From assembly GCA_963835655.1 (NCBI GenBank), contig CAWIGJ010000003.1, positions 305,016-369,015 on the forward strand: 64,000 nucleotides of DNA, written 5' to 3'. Below, one piece after another: positions 46,136-59,933 of this stretch (the stretch's first letter is position 1; each line of letters starts with the position of its first letter). The translations under genes and the position numbers were made by a program. Under the pieces are notes generated by a model, which was not told the origin of the DNA, did no database searches, and saw only the letters and a program-made list of their open reading frames with translations. Source of the DNA: an uncultured Chloroflexia bacterium (GTDB taxonomy: Bacteria > Chloroflexota > Dehalococcoidia > DSTF01 > JALHUB01).

Positions 46136-47632
46136 TTAGCGCTGCGTCAGAGGGACCGGGGTCGCGGGCGACGTTTGGTGGACCTGCGTAGTCGAGGTCT
46201 GGAAGACAGCGTGGACGGCGTTGTCAGTCGCCGAGAACAGCGGCCGCGGATACAGCCCCACTACGAACACGCCGACGACCAGCGCGAGGATAACGCTATT
46301 GACGACGACGGGGACGCGCAGGCGCACCTTTTCGTCTGGCTCGCCGACGTACATCTGCTTGATGATCAGCAGGTAGTAGTAGAGGGATATCAGGCTGTTG
46401 ATAACAGCCAGGGCGGCCAGCCAGAGCAGGCCTTCTTTGGCGACGGCCTGAAACAGCAGGAACTTCGTCGCAAAGCCGGCGAACAGCGGCATCCCAGCCA
46501 GCGAGAAGAGCGCGGCAGTGAGCGAGAGCGCCAAGAAGGGGGCGCGTTCTGCGAGACCTCGGTAGTCGGCTATCTCGTCCTTTCCGCTGGCGTTGTAGAA
46601 GGCAATGATGACGACGAATGCCGCCAGGTTGGTGATGACATAGCCGGTCAGGTGGAGGACGAGTGTGCTCGCCGCTGACTCCGACAGCGCGGCGATGCCC
46701 ATGAGCATGAATCCGGCCTGTCCGATGCTGGAGTAGGCAAGCAAGCGCTTAATGTTGTGCTGCTGGATCGCGACGAGGTTGCCGAGAGTCATGCTCGCCG
46801 CCGCCAGGGCCGCAATCATCCATCGCCAGTCGGAAAGCACCGGCAGGAAGGCCTCCGTGAAAAGACGGAGCAGCAGGGCCACGCCAGCCGCTTTCGATGC
46901 AGCGGAGAGATAGGCTGTTATTGGCAAGGGAGCGCCTTCATAGGCGTCGGGTGCCCACATGTGGAAGGGCACGGCCGATACTTTGAAGCCGATGCCGGCG
47001 ATCACCAGCACCAGCCCCATCAGCATCGCGATGCCGAAGCTGCTGACGCCGCCGCTAAGCGAGGCGTTAATGTCGGCGTAGGACGTAGAGCCGGTAACGC
47101 CGTAGATAAGGCTGAGGCCGTACAGGAACAGCGCCGACGAGAAGGCGCCGAGCACCATGTACTTCAGGCCACCCTCATTCGACTTGGCGTCCATCTTCGC
47201 GAAAGAAACGAGGATGTAGAGGCTGAAGCTCAGGAGCTCCAACGAGATATAGGCGGCTATCAGGTCGCGGGCGGCGGCCATGTAGATAGCGCCGATGGTC
47301 GACAGGATCAGCAGGCCATAGTACTCGCCGGCGTGGCGCAGATGCTCGCGCACGAAGTGGGCTGAGGCCAGGCAGATGACGGCGGTGATCGAGATGAATA
47401 AGACGCGGAAGAACACCGTGTAGTTGTCGATCTCCACCATGCCGGCGAAGCTAAGCGGCCCCTTATTGATATAGAACAGCGACACAACGAGGATGCCCGC
47501 CAGTCCGCCTGCTGAGACGTACGGCAGATAGGTGCGGGAGCGTCGCGTGTCGTACAGGCCGAGGGCGATGACGATCCCGGCCAGGGCGGCCAGCAGGTAC
47601 TCCGGAATCAGCAGCGAGTAGTCTACGTTCAC
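46136..47632 (-). CDS. nuoN: NADH-quinone oxidoreductase subunit N
   Basis: 498 aa antiporter-like subunit, last gene of nuo operon. Confidence 0.85.
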   Translation of the reverse strand: MNVDYSLLIPEYLLAALAGIVIALGLYDTRRSRTYLPYVSAGGLAGILVVSLFYINKGPLSFAGMVEIDNYTVFFRVLFISITAVICLASAHFVREHLRHAGEYYGLLILSTIGAIYMAAARDLIAAYISLELLSFSLYILVSFAKMDAKSNEGGLKYMVLGAFSSALFLYGLSLIYGVTGSTSYADINASLSGGVSSFGIAMLMGLVLVIAGIGFKVSAVPFHMWAPDAYEGAPLPITAYLSAASKAAGVALLLRLFTEAFLPVLSDWRWMIAALAAASMTLGNLVAIQQHNIKRLLAYSSIGQAGFMLMGIAALSESAASTLVLHLTGYVITNLAAFVVIIAFYNASGKDEIADYRGLAERAPFLALSLTAALFSLAGMPLFAGFATKFLLFQAVAKEGLLWLAALAVINSLISLYYYLLIIKQMYVGEPDEKVRLRVPVVVNSVILALVVGVFVVGLYPRPLFSATDNAVHAVFQTSTTQVHQTSPATPVPLTQR

Positions 47633-49137
47633 TTGAGCGCCCCGAAGGTAAGAACCGTATGCGAGATCCGGTCAACGAAGGGAGCCGGCCAGGAGCCCAT
47701 GAACAACAGGAAGAAGATGAGCACGGCGCCTGCCGCCTGCTCAAAGCGCGTCATCTCGACGAGGTGAGACCAGCGTTCGTTGAACGGCCCGAAGAAGGCC
47801 ATCGCGAGCATGCGCAGGATATAGGCCGCCGTTAGTGCCGCGCCGAAAATGGCCATGGCACCGAAGAACGGATAGGTCTGGAACGTTCCGACGAAGATGT
47901 GGAACTCGGCGACGAAGCCTGACAGGCCGGGCAGACCCAGCGAAGCCAATCCGGCGACGGCGAAGAAGGCGGTGAAACGAGGCATCTTGTTCGCCAGGCC
48001 GCCGAAGAGCGACATGTCGCGGACGTGCGCCTGGTCGTAGATGGCGCCCACCATAGCGAACATGAGGGCCGTCATAATGCCATGAGAGAACATCTGGAGC
48101 ACGGCGCCGTTGATCCCGATCGGGTTCAGGGTCGCCAGGCCCATCAGCACGTAGCCCATGTGGCTGACGCTGGAGTAACCCACCATGTACTTGAAGTCCT
48201 TCTGGGCCATTGCTGAGACGGCGCCGTAGATCACGTTCGTCGTCGCGAGGACCATTACGCCGGGCATCCAGAACTGCGCCCCCTGCGGCAGTAGCTGGAT
48301 GCCGAGCCGGATGATACCGAAGGCGCCTAGCTTCATCAGGACGCCGGCGTGGAGCATGCTCACGGCCGTCGGCGCTGCCACATGGCCATCGGGCGACCAG
48401 GTGTGGAAGGGCCAGAGGCCGGCAAGCACGCCGCAACCGATGAGGAAGACCGGGAAAACGGCCTTCTGGAAGCCTTCGGAGAACTGGACGTTATAGAGCG
48501 CCGGCAGGTCGAAGGTGCCGATGTTCGCCTTCACGAAGACGGCGAAGATGCCTATGAAGATGAGCACGCTGGCGGCGACCAGGTAGAGAGTCAGCTTCAT
48601 CGCGCCGTATTCCTTCGTCCGGACGAAGGTCGGGAAACGGCTGCTGGAGCCCCAGACGGCGATGAGCAGGAACATGGGAAGCACGGCGAGCTCGTAGAAG
48701 AAGAAAAAGAAGAAGAGGTCGAGCGAGATGAAGGTGCCGAAAACGCCGGCGACCAGCGCGAAGAACAAGACGAAGAAGTCCTTTGTTCGGTTGGTGATCT
48801 TCCAGGAGATGAGTACGCCGGTGAAGGCAACGACGCCGTTCAGCAGCACCATCGGCGCAGAGATGCCGTCGACGCCCAGGTGAAGCGTTATGCCGTTCGC
48901 ACCCAGGAAGGCAACGTTCTCCAGCCAGGGCCAGCGACCTTCGAACTGGATGACGGCGTCGCTATCGCCGAACTGGTAAGCGAAGAAGACATAGAGGGCT
49001 ATCCCGAGCATAGCCGCCGCCGACGTCACGGCGATGTAGCGGACGACGTTGGCGTGCCGCGAAGGTACCGCCAGCAGGACCAGCGAGGTCGCCAGCGGCA
49101 GGACTATCAGCGGCAGGAGCAGGTAGTTGTGCGGCAC
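47629..49137 (-). CDS. nuoM: NADH-quinone oxidoreductase subunit M
   Basis: 502 aa antiporter-like subunit; 4-nt overlap with nuoN. Confidence 0.85.
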   Translation of the reverse strand: MPHNYLLLPLIVLPLATSLVLLAVPSRHANVVRYIAVTSAAAMLGIALYVFFAYQFGDSDAVIQFEGRWPWLENVAFLGANGITLHLGVDGISAPMVLLNGVVAFTGVLISWKITNRTKDFFVLFFALVAGVFGTFISLDLFFFFFFYELAVLPMFLLIAVWGSSSRFPTFVRTKEYGAMKLTLYLVAASVLIFIGIFAVFVKANIGTFDLPALYNVQFSEGFQKAVFPVFLIGCGVLAGLWPFHTWSPDGHVAAPTAVSMLHAGVLMKLGAFGIIRLGIQLLPQGAQFWMPGVMVLATTNVIYGAVSAMAQKDFKYMVGYSSVSHMGYVLMGLATLNPIGINGAVLQMFSHGIMTALMFAMVGAIYDQAHVRDMSLFGGLANKMPRFTAFFAVAGLASLGLPGLSGFVAEFHIFVGTFQTYPFFGAMAIFGAALTAAYILRMLAMAFFGPFNERWSHLVEMTRFEQAAGAVLIFFLLFMGSWPAPFVDRISHTVLTFGALK

Positions 49138-49150
49138 TCTGCCTTCCTCC

Positions 49151-51049
49151 CTACGTGCCCACGACGAAAGCTATGATGGCCAGAACGACGACGCCGGCGG
49201 TCATCGCCAAGGCGTAGTTCGGCATGACGCCGGTCTCATGGAACTTCAGCAGGAATCCGCTGAAGCGCGTCGCGTCGGCCGAGCCGTTCACGCCGGTGTC
49301 GTTCACGATTACGCGGTCATACCAGGCGACGATGCGCGCAACCACGAGCACAACGCGGTCGATGACCCACTGGTAGGCGTCGTCTACGTAGAACTTGTTG
49401 CGCAGAAGCGTGTAGACCTGCGGCAACGCCTGTCCGACGGCCTTTGCCCTTTCGGCCGTGCCGCTCCAGAAGTAGAAGCCGCCGGCAATGCCTATCAGGA
49501 CGAGGGCAATCGACGACGCGGTCACGCCGACGTTCACCGTGAATGCCTCGGGCTCGTTGGTGAACAGGAACTGGCCGAAGCCGCCTGGAAAGCCCATCAG
49601 CTTTCCTACGCCGGTGAAGACGACGAACCCAGCGAACACTGTCAGAATGCCCAGCAGGACCAGCGGCCACTTCATGAAAGGATCCGGCTCGTGGGCGTGC
49701 TCGTAGACGTGCTCATTGCGCGGCTTGCCGGTGAAGACCAGCAAGACGAGTCTTGTCATGTAGAGCGCGGTTATCAGCACGCTGGCCAGCACGGCGAGGT
49801 AGATGAAGATGTTATGGTGCTGGAAGGTCGCGAGCAGGAGCTCGTCTTTGTTCCAGAAGCCCGCGAGCGGGAAGAGACCGGCCATAGACATGGCGCCCAG
49901 CGTGAAGACGGTCGCGGTTAAGGGCATCTTCTTCGCCAGGCCGCCCATCTGCGTCACCTCGAGTTCGTCCGTTGCGTGGTAGACGGAGCCGGACGAGAGG
50001 AAGAGGAGCGCCTTGAAGAAGGCGTGGGTGAATACGTAGAGCAGCGCGACGGTCACGGAGCCGGCACCGAGGGCTATGAACATGAGGCCGAGGCTATTGA
50101 GCGTCGAGTAGGCGACGACGCGCTTGATGTCTGTCATCACCAACCCCATTGTCGCGGACATCAGGGTCGTGATCAGACCGACCGCGGTCACGGCGATCAG
50201 CGTTCCATTGACCTCCTGGAACAGCGGCATGGCCCGGGCGACGAGGTAGACGCCGGCGACAACCATCGTTGCGGCGTGGATGAGGGCGCTGACGGGCGTT
50301 GGGCCTTCCATGGCGTCCGGAAGCCAGACGTGGAAGGGGAACTGGGCCGACTTGCCCATCGCACCGAGCAGGATGAGCAGCACCGCGGCCGTCAAATAGG
50401 CATGGTCAATCTGGCCGGCGCGGGCGGCGTTGAAGATCGTCTGCATGTCGAAGGTGCCGACGGAACGGTAGAGCAGAATGACGCCGATCAGGAGTCCCAC
50501 ATCGCCGAGACGCGTTGTGACGAATGCCTTCTTCGCCGCCTCGGCCGCCGAGCGCCGCTCGTGGTAGTGACCGATGAGCAGGAACGAGCAGAGACCGACC
50601 CCTTCCCAGGCGAAGTAGAGGAGCAGGAAGTTGTCGGCGAGGACGAGCGTGAGCATCGCGGCGGCAAACATCGACTGAACGGCGAAGTACCAGCCGTAGC
50701 GCTTGTCGCCCTTCATGTAGCCGAGCGAGTAGACTTGCACCATGAGGCTGATGAAGCTGACGACGGCCAGCATCACGGCGGCCAGCTGGTCGACCTCGAA
50801 GCCGAGACGCAACTGGAAGCTGCCGATGTGGAGCCACTGGCGGCCGGAGTGGACGGGCGTAAAGTCGCCGCCGCGCGCCAGAGCTGTCGTCAGGTCGTGG
50901 AGGACGAAGAAAAAGAGCACAAACGAGGCGGTGATGGCGAGCACGGAGAGCCAGTCGCCCTTGCGCGGCAGGTATTTGCCGAAGAGTATGAGAATTGCCG
51001 CGGCGGCTGCCGGCACGGCAGGAATCAGCCAGGCCTGCTCCATGCCCAT
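49151..51049 (-). CDS. nuoL: NADH-quinone oxidoreductase subunit L
   Basis: 632 aa antiporter-like subunit with long C-terminal extension. Confidence 0.85.
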   Translation of the reverse strand: MGMEQAWLIPAVPAAAAAILILFGKYLPRKGDWLSVLAITASFVLFFFVLHDLTTALARGGDFTPVHSGRQWLHIGSFQLRLGFEVDQLAAVMLAVVSFISLMVQVYSLGYMKGDKRYGWYFAVQSMFAAAMLTLVLADNFLLLYFAWEGVGLCSFLLIGHYHERRSAAEAAKKAFVTTRLGDVGLLIGVILLYRSVGTFDMQTIFNAARAGQIDHAYLTAAVLLILLGAMGKSAQFPFHVWLPDAMEGPTPVSALIHAATMVVAGVYLVARAMPLFQEVNGTLIAVTAVGLITTLMSATMGLVMTDIKRVVAYSTLNSLGLMFIALGAGSVTVALLYVFTHAFFKALLFLSSGSVYHATDELEVTQMGGLAKKMPLTATVFTLGAMSMAGLFPLAGFWNKDELLLATFQHHNIFIYLAVLASVLITALYMTRLVLLVFTGKPRNEHVYEHAHEPDPFMKWPLVLLGILTVFAGFVVFTGVGKLMGFPGGFGQFLFTNEPEAFTVNVGVTASSIALVLIGIAGGFYFWSGTAERAKAVGQALPQVYTLLRNKFYVDDAYQWVIDRVVLVVARIVAWYDRVIVNDTGVNGSADATRFSGFLLKFHETGVMPNYALAMTAGVVVLAIIAFVVGT

Positions 51050-51078
51050 CTAGTGTGCCCCTCGATGCTGGATCATCG

Positions 51079-51387
51079 TTACCACTTGAGCTGATGCACC
51101 TCATCGACGTTTGCAGTCTTGCGGTTGCGGAAGATGCGCAGGACTATCGCCAGCGCCAGTCCGACCTCCGCGGCGGCGACGGTGATGATGAAGATAGCGA
51201 AGATTATGCCCGTGAACAGGGTCGCCGACGTGTACGTGGCGAAGGCGACCATGTTGATACTGGCGGCGTTAAGCATCAATTCCACCGACATCAGGATCAA
51301 CACGGCGTGTCTTCGGACGAGGACTCCGTAGACGCCCAGGGAGAACAGGATGGCGCTGAGGACGAGGAAGGCTTCGAGGCGGATCAT
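51079..51387 (-). CDS. nuoK: NADH-quinone oxidoreductase subunit K
   Basis: 102 aa, 3 TM. Confidence 0.85.
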   Translation of the reverse strand: MIRLEAFLVLSAILFSLGVYGVLVRRHAVLILMSVELMLNAASINMVAFATYTSATLFTGIIFAIFIITVAAAEVGLALAIVLRIFRNRKTANVDEVHQLKW

Positions 51388-51887
51388 TCCTCTTCCTCCT
51401 CTTCCGAGCGCGCCAGGACTATTGCGCCGATAAGGGCGACCAGCAGGACGAGCGAGGCGACCTCGAACGGGAGCGCGAAGTCGCGGAAGAGCCGGTCACC
51501 GATGGCGTTGATGCTCACGACCGCGGGCTCGCTGGCCCGTCGCGGCCAGGTAGTCAGGAAGACCATGCTTATGAGGACGCCCATGAGACTCATTCCGGCG
51601 AGGGCAGCCAGGGGCTTCTGAGAGCCGTCGAGGCCAGCTGAAAGTTCGCGGGCGCGGGTCAGCATGAGTGCGAACAGCAGCAACACGGCGACGCCGCCGG
51701 CGTACAGGAGCACCTGCACCAGGGCCAGGAATTCGCTCGCCAGCAGGATGTATAGCGCGGCGACGGCCAGCAAGGTGAAGATGAGCGAGATGGCGGCGTA
51801 AGCGACGCGTCCGCTCATGACGACGCCGAGGGCGCCCATCACTGTCGCGGCGGCGATGAAATAGAAGATGGCTTCGGTTACGGTCAT
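51384..51887 (-). CDS. nuoJ: NADH-quinone oxidoreductase subunit J
   Basis: 167 aa membrane protein; overlaps nuoK by 4 nt. Confidence 0.8.
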   Translation of the reverse strand: MTVTEAIFYFIAAATVMGALGVVMSGRVAYAAISLIFTLLAVAALYILLASEFLALVQVLLYAGGVAVLLLFALMLTRARELSAGLDGSQKPLAALAGMSLMGVLISMVFLTTWPRRASEPAVVSINAIGDRLFRDFALPFEVASLVLLVALIGAIVLARSEEEEEE

Positions 51888-52351
51888 GGCGCCACCCAGG
51901 GCGTGAACTCGCCCGCCTTCGATTTCACCAGCAACTGGTCGAGGTCCATCACGAGGTCGGCGCGGTCGTAGCGCGACATCTCATGGCCGTCCCAGTCGTT
52001 ATTCATGGCGATGGCGCTGAAGTTACACGTCTCGACGCAGATGCGGCAGCGGATGCAGCGCCCGTAGTCGAGCAGGAACTGGTCGACGATCTTGCGTCGC
52101 TTGCTCTTCCCCTCGGCGGCAAGCGGGTTGTCCTTCATGATGACCGAAATGCATTCCGTTGGGCAGGCGCGCTCGCAAGCGTGGCAGCCGGTGCAAAACG
52201 GCTCGCCGGTGTCCGCATCCCAGAGGAGAAGCGGATAGCCGCGACTGCGCTCCGGTATCGCGTGCCGGACGGTCGGATACTGGACGGTGACCGGCTTGCG
52301 GGCCATCGTTCGCAGGGTTTCGCCCAGGCTGCGAAGCACTCCCAACATCAG
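51884..52351 (-). CDS. nuoI: NADH-quinone oxidoreductase subunit I (2x[4Fe-4S] ferredoxin)
   Basis: CTGCHACERACP and CIRCRICVETC motifs; start MLGVLRSL at 52351 overlapping nuoH stop (ATGA). Confidence 0.85.
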   Translation of the reverse strand: MMLGVLRSLGETLRTMARKPVTVQYPTVRHAIPERSRGYPLLLWDADTGEPFCTGCHACERACPTECISVIMKDNPLAAEGKSKRRKIVDQFLLDYGRCIRCRICVETCNFSAIAMNNDWDGHEMSRYDRADLVMDLDQLLVKSKAGEFTPWVAP

Positions 52352-53460
52352 GCGTTGCTTCTCACGACTATGCGCGACGGCGCGCCGACGGGAAGGACCG
52401 AGTAGACAATGTAGCCGGCAACCGCCAGCGCCAGGCCGGAGGTCACCAGGAACGTCCAGTCGGGCCAGCCGTAGACCAGGATGAGGCCGTTGAGGAAGAT
52501 CTGCGCAAACGCCAGCGGCAGGAGCAGCTTCCAGCAGAGCGACATTAGCTGGTCGATGCGAACTCGCGGGAAGGTCGCGTTCACCCACATGACGACGAGG
52601 ATCAGGGTCATGGTCTTGGCGAAGATGAGGACTAGCTGCCACCACCAGCCGTACTTGAGCCCGAGCGGCCAGTCCCAGCCGCCGAGGAAGATGAGCGAGC
52701 CCAGAACGCAGAGCGCGAACATGTTCGTGTACTCGGTGAGGGCGTAAAGGATGCTCCAGCGAATGCCGCTGAACTCAATCCAGGGCCCGCCCGCGACCTC
52801 CGACTCGGCGGCCGCAATGTCGAAGGGGCGTCGTGTCAGGTCGGAGACAGCGGCCGCCATGAAGAGGAAGAAGCCAAGGGGTTGCCAGACAATGAACGGG
52901 ACACGCCCCTGGTCGGTGACGATCTGGGCCAGATTCAGCGAGCCGGCAAGCATCGCCAGGGCGAGGACGGCGAGGACCAGCGGCACCTCGTAGCTGATGA
53001 GCTGGGCGGCCGTTCGGAGGGCGCCGATGAGGCCGTACTTGCTGTCGGAGGCCCAGCCGGCGAAGACGTAGCCGAGCACGGGGAGGCCGGACACGGCGAT
53101 GAAATAGAGCAGCCCCAAGTCCAGGATGCGGACGCTCCATTTCGCGGTGAAGGGTAGAGCGAGGAGCGTCAGAAAGACGGGCACGAAGGCGAGGAAGGGC
53201 GCCAGCTCGAAGGCGACGCGGTCGGCGGTGGCGGGACGGAGGTCTTCCTTCAGCAGGACCTTCACCATGTCGGCGATGGGCTGCATGATGCCGAAGGGGC
53301 CGGTACGCATCGGGCCGAGACGCATCTGAATGCGGCCGATGAACTTCCGCTCGACATAAGTAAGGGCCAGCACGACAAGCACCATCAGCCCGAGGACGGC
53401 GAGGAGCCGCCAGAAGGCGTCGACCCAGACGTTGTCGAAGAACGATTCGAGGCCGCTCAA
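52348..53460 (-). CDS. nuoH: NADH-quinone oxidoreductase subunit H
   Basis: 370 aa, 8 TM, NuoH signature (GLLYFIAVSGL...). Confidence 0.85.
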   Translation of the reverse strand: MSGLESFFDNVWVDAFWRLLAVLGLMVLVVLALTYVERKFIGRIQMRLGPMRTGPFGIMQPIADMVKVLLKEDLRPATADRVAFELAPFLAFVPVFLTLLALPFTAKWSVRILDLGLLYFIAVSGLPVLGYVFAGWASDSKYGLIGALRTAAQLISYEVPLVLAVLALAMLAGSLNLAQIVTDQGRVPFIVWQPLGFFLFMAAAVSDLTRRPFDIAAAESEVAGGPWIEFSGIRWSILYALTEYTNMFALCVLGSLIFLGGWDWPLGLKYGWWWQLVLIFAKTMTLILVVMWVNATFPRVRIDQLMSLCWKLLLPLAFAQIFLNGLILVYGWPDWTFLVTSGLALAVAGYIVYSVLPVGAPSRIVVRSNA

Positions 53461-54581
53461 CGGTCCACCTCACCCAAGACGATGTCGACGGAACCGAGGA
53501 TGACCACGGCGTCGGCGACGTAGTGTCCGACGACCATCTGCTTCAAGGCGGTCAGGTTGCTCAGGCAGGAGGAGCGGATCTTCAGCCGGTAGGGCTTCTC
53601 GCCGCCCTTGGAGACGAGATAGATGCCGTACTCGCCGCGGGGGTTCTCGGTACGCATGTAGACCTCGCCGGGCGGCAGACGCAGGCGGCGCGGCGCCTTC
53701 TCGGGCATGATCGGGCCGTCGGGCATCTGCTCGATCGCCTGCTCGACGATGCGCACCGACTGTCGCATCTCCTCCATGCGGACGAGGTAGCGGTCGTAAA
53801 CGTCGCCACGGGTGCCGGTCGGGATGTCGAAGTCGAAGCGGTCGTAGATGGAGTAAGGCTCGGCGCGACGGAGGTCGAAGGGGACGCCGCAGGCCCGCAA
53901 CATGGGGCCGGACAGGCCGTAGTCGATAGCGTCTTCCTTGGAAATGACGCCGATGTCGAGGCAGCGCGTCAGGAAGACCTCGTTCTTCGTCAGGAGGCGG
54001 TCGATATCGTCGATTCCGACGCGTGTCTGCTTGCAGACCCAGCGGACGCGGTCCTTGAAGTCGTCGGTCACGTCCCAGACGACGCCGCCCGGGCGGAAGT
54101 AGCCGTACATCATGCGGTCGCCGGTGACCTCTTCGAATATCTGCTGGATGTATTCGCGCTCGCGGAAGGCGTAGGTGAAGGCGGTGCCGTAGACGCCGAT
54201 GTCGGTGGCGAAGGCGCCGACGAACATGTAGTGGCTGGTTATGCGGTTGAGCTCGGTAAGGATAACGCGAATGTACTCGGCCCGCTCCGGCACTTCGAGC
54301 CCGGCCAGCTTCTCGACCGCCTGGCAATAGCACATCTCGGCGTTGAACTGGGCGAGGTACTCCGTGCGGTCCTGGTAGATCAGCCCCTGCCGGTAGTCGA
54401 TGGCCTCCGACAGCTTCTCGGCGCCGCGGTGCATGTAGCCGATGTGCGGCACAACGTCGACGACCTTTTCGCCGCTGACGGTGAGGACCATGCGGAAGAC
54501 GCCGTGGGTCGCCGGGTGCTGCGGCCCCACGTTGATAGTGATGTCGAGTGTTTCGAGCTCGCGGTCGACTTCTGTCGTCAT
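53457..54581 (-). CDS. nuoD: NADH-quinone oxidoreductase subunit D (49 kDa)
   Basis: [31 protein letters not shown]...; start overlaps nuoC stop (TGATG). Confidence 0.85.
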   Translation of the reverse strand: MTTEVDRELETLDITINVGPQHPATHGVFRMVLTVSGEKVVDVVPHIGYMHRGAEKLSEAIDYRQGLIYQDRTEYLAQFNAEMCYCQAVEKLAGLEVPERAEYIRVILTELNRITSHYMFVGAFATDIGVYGTAFTYAFREREYIQQIFEEVTGDRMMYGYFRPGGVVWDVTDDFKDRVRWVCKQTRVGIDDIDRLLTKNEVFLTRCLDIGVISKEDAIDYGLSGPMLRACGVPFDLRRAEPYSIYDRFDFDIPTGTRGDVYDRYLVRMEEMRQSVRIVEQAIEQMPDGPIMPEKAPRRLRLPPGEVYMRTENPRGEYGIYLVSKGGEKPYRLKIRSSCLSNLTALKQMVVGHYVADAVVILGSVDIVLGEVDR

Positions 54582-55186
54582 CAACCGCCGTCCTCTTCGC
54601 CGCCCGGGCCGGCGATGCTCTCGTAGCCGGCGGGTATGTGTCCAACTTTCGCCGCCTCGTCGCCGAGAAGCGACCCCTGCCATTCCTCGATCTGCGCGAA
54701 GGGGTTGTCCTTGCGCAGCGGATGGTGGTCTGTCATGTCGTCCGGCAGGAGGAGCGGCACCGGGTTCGGATGCCCCTCGAACGTTATGCCGAACATCTCC
54801 GCCGTCTCCCGCTCCAGCCAGTCGGCGCCCTTCCAGATAGATGCGGCCGAGGCGACGCGTGGATCGTCGAGCGGCAGGCGCGTCTTGATGGTCACACCGT
54901 GGCCATGGGTGAAGGAGTAGAGCTGATAGACGACCTCCAGCCCGCCTTCCATGTGGTCGACGCCGAGCAGGCAGCGGAGGTACTTGAGATTGAGGCGCGG
55001 GTCATCCTTCGCCGCCCGGAGAACGCGCGGGACGTCGTCGCGGGCGACGATGAGGATGACGTCGCCGGCGCCTTGCGTCGCGGTGAACTCAACGTCCGGA
55101 AGGACTTCCCGGAAGACGTCAAAGATGGTGCCGGGCTCGGGCGGTACAATCGGCGCCTCCTGTGGCCCCTCATGCGGCGATGTCAT
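54581..55186 (-). CDS. nuoC: NADH-quinone oxidoreductase subunit C (30 kDa)
   Basis: MTSPHEGPQ... typical NuoC; separate gene from nuoD (not fused). Confidence 0.8.
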   Translation of the reverse strand: MTSPHEGPQEAPIVPPEPGTIFDVFREVLPDVEFTATQGAGDVILIVARDDVPRVLRAAKDDPRLNLKYLRCLLGVDHMEGGLEVVYQLYSFTHGHGVTIKTRLPLDDPRVASAASIWKGADWLERETAEMFGITFEGHPNPVPLLLPDDMTDHHPLRKDNPFAQIEEWQGSLLGDEAAKVGHIPAGYESIAGPGGEEDGG

Positions 55187-55752
55187 CCGATAGACCCCCT
55201 GTCGCGCATGATCTTCTCCTGGAGGGCAATGAAGCCGTCTATGAGCGCCTCGGGCCGCGGCGGGCAACCGGGGACGTAGACGTCGACGGGAATGAGCTTG
55301 TCGACGCCCTGCACAACGCGGTCGTAGCGGGTGTAGGGGCCGCCGTTCGTCGCGCAGGAGCCCATGGCGACGACCCACTTGGGGTTCGGCATCTGCTCGT
55401 AGAGGAGCTTGACGGCTGGGGCCATCTTCTTCGTCACGGTACCGGCGACGATCATGACGTCCGATTGCCGCGGCGAAGCCCAGGGCACAATGCCGAACCG
55501 GTCGAGATCGTGGTGCGACATGAAGGCCGACATCATTTCGATGGCGCAGCAGGCAAGCCCGAAGGTCATGGGCCAGAGCGACGATTTGCGGGCCATGGCC
55601 AGTAGATAGTCGGCGGGCGCCTGGATGATTCCGGGAAGGACTTCGCGATAGAAGGCGTGGGCATCCTCACGTTCGATAGGACGCAGACGCTCGGCCTCGC
55701 GTTCAAGGCTTGTCATGGGGCGGGTTGCCTCGCCTCGGTCGTCTAGCGCCAC
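55183..55752 (-). CDS. nuoB: NADH-quinone oxidoreductase subunit B (20 kDa, [4Fe-4S])
   Basis: [17 protein letters not shown]...[10 protein letters not shown]...VPGCPPRPE; alternative start at 55716. Confidence 0.85.
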   Translation of the reverse strand: MALDDRGEATRPMTSLEREAERLRPIEREDAHAFYREVLPGIIQAPADYLLAMARKSSLWPMTFGLACCAIEMMSAFMSHHDLDRFGIVPWASPRQSDVMIVAGTVTKKMAPAVKLLYEQMPNPKWVVAMGSCATNGGPYTRYDRVVQGVDKLIPVDVYVPGCPPRPEALIDGFIALQEKIMRDRGSIG

Positions 55753-56108
55753 TCAAGGGCTCCCTTCTTCCAGGCGTAGATGAGCCCTCCAACAAGGATG
55801 CCGAGAAAGAGGGCCATCTCGAAGAAGGCGGCCTTGCCGAGGCCGACGAGGCTGACGGCCCAGGGGAAGAGGAAGACGGCTTCGGCGTCGAAGATGAGGA
55901 AGAGGATGGCGTAGAGGTAGTAACGGACGTTCATCTGAACGCGCACACGTCCGATGGGGAGCATGCCGCATTCGTAAGGGGTAGCCTTGGCCCTGGATTT
56001 GGCAAAAGGCGCGAGGATCCTAGCCGCGATGAGGGCAGCCAGAACCATGCCGACGCCAATACCAACGGCCAAAAGAACGGCCGCGTAGTTATTCAGGAGG
56101 GTCTGCAA
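55743..56108 (-). CDS. nuoA: NADH-quinone oxidoreductase subunit A
   Basis: 121 aa, 3 TM, first gene of operon. Confidence 0.85.
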   Translation of the reverse strand: MQTLLNNYAAVLLAVGIGVGMVLAALIAARILAPFAKSRAKATPYECGMLPIGRVRVQMNVRYYLYAILFLIFDAEAVFLFPWAVSLVGLGKAAFFEMALFLGILVGGLIYAWKKGALEWR

Positions 56109-56264
56109 GAGAACTCCGTCATAGATGCGAGAAGTGAAGGCAACCTACACCAAAATGCTATCAATAGGCAATGTATGGGTCAATTTGGGGCCAACGGGAA
56201 GGTTCCGTGTCCGACCTTTGGCGTTAGGCCGCGTGGGTCGAGCGTCTTGCCCGCGCTGCGCGGA

Positions 56265-58955
<2,691 letters not shown>

Positions 58956-59138
58956 GGGTTTGCGCTCTGCTGGGCGTGACGAAACGCCTCGGCGAAGGTG
59001 GGACTCTGCCGGTCCAGCAAAGCGGAGTCCCGGGCCGAGGACGCTCTAGGCTTAGAATAAGGGGCGGAATTCGTAGAGGCAAGGCTTGGAGCGGTGGCAT
59101 TACATCGTCGGCGGCGACTCTGATAGGATCGGAGCATC

Positions 59139-59933
59139 ATGGTCAAATGGGACGCCGAAGACTACAGTCGCAACTCGAAGGCGCAGCAGACGTGGGCGAG
59201 GGAACTCGTCGCCAAGCTTCATCTCGAGGGCGATGAGTCGGTGCTGGACATCGGCTGCGGCGACGGGAAGGTGACCCGCGAGATCGCTGGTCTGCTGCCC
59301 GGAGGGAATGTAGTCGGCATCGACAGCTCTAGAGAGATGATCGAATATGCTGAAGGACAGCGGTGTGTCTCCGGCAACGCTTCCTTTCGCGTCTGCGACG
59401 CGAGGGAACTTCAGTTTGTCGAGGAGTTTGACGTCGTCTTCTCCAATGCGACGTTGCACTGGGTCATCGACCACCGGCCGGTGCTCGCCGGCATAGGACG
59501 GGCCCTGAAACCGGGCGGCCGTCTGCTTCTTCAGATGGGGGGACGCGGGAATGCAGAGGACGTTCAGATGACTATCGAGGCTCTCATCGTCGACAGTGCG
59601 TGGAGTCGCTACTTCACCGACCCCTTCACAGCCTACGGCTTCTATGGTCCGGAGGAGTACATCCCATGGCTTCGGGATGCCGGTCTAATGCCGCTTCGAG
59701 TGGAGCTGCTCGAGCGGGGCATGGTGCAGCCGGGCGGGGAGGGTCTTGCTGCATGGATACGCACTACCTGGCTTCCCTATACGCAACGAGTGCCCGAAGC
59801 GGAACGCGGCAAGTTCGTTTCAGACGTGGTCGAGAGATACATAGAGTCGCACCCGGCGGACGATGAAGGGATGGTCCTCGTCCGGATGGTACGGCTGGAA
59901 GTGGAAGCCCTCAGGCCCAAGCCTGTCAACTAG
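59139..59933 (+). CDS. Class I SAM-dependent methyltransferase, trans-aconitate methyltransferase (Tam)-like
   Basis: [12 protein letters not shown] motif I, overall Tam-like layout. Confidence 0.7.
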   Translation: MVKWDAEDYSRNSKAQQTWARELVAKLHLEGDESVLDIGCGDGKVTREIAGLLPGGNVVGIDSSREMIEYAEGQRCVSGNASFRVCDARELQFVEEFDVVFSNATLHWVIDHRPVLAGIGRALKPGGRLLLQMGGRGNAEDVQMTIEALIVDSAWSRYFTDPFTAYGFYGPEEYIPWLRDAGLMPLRVELLERGMVQPGGEGLAAWIRTTWLPYTQRVPEAERGKFVSDVVERYIESHPADDEGMVLVRMVRLEVEALRPKPVN

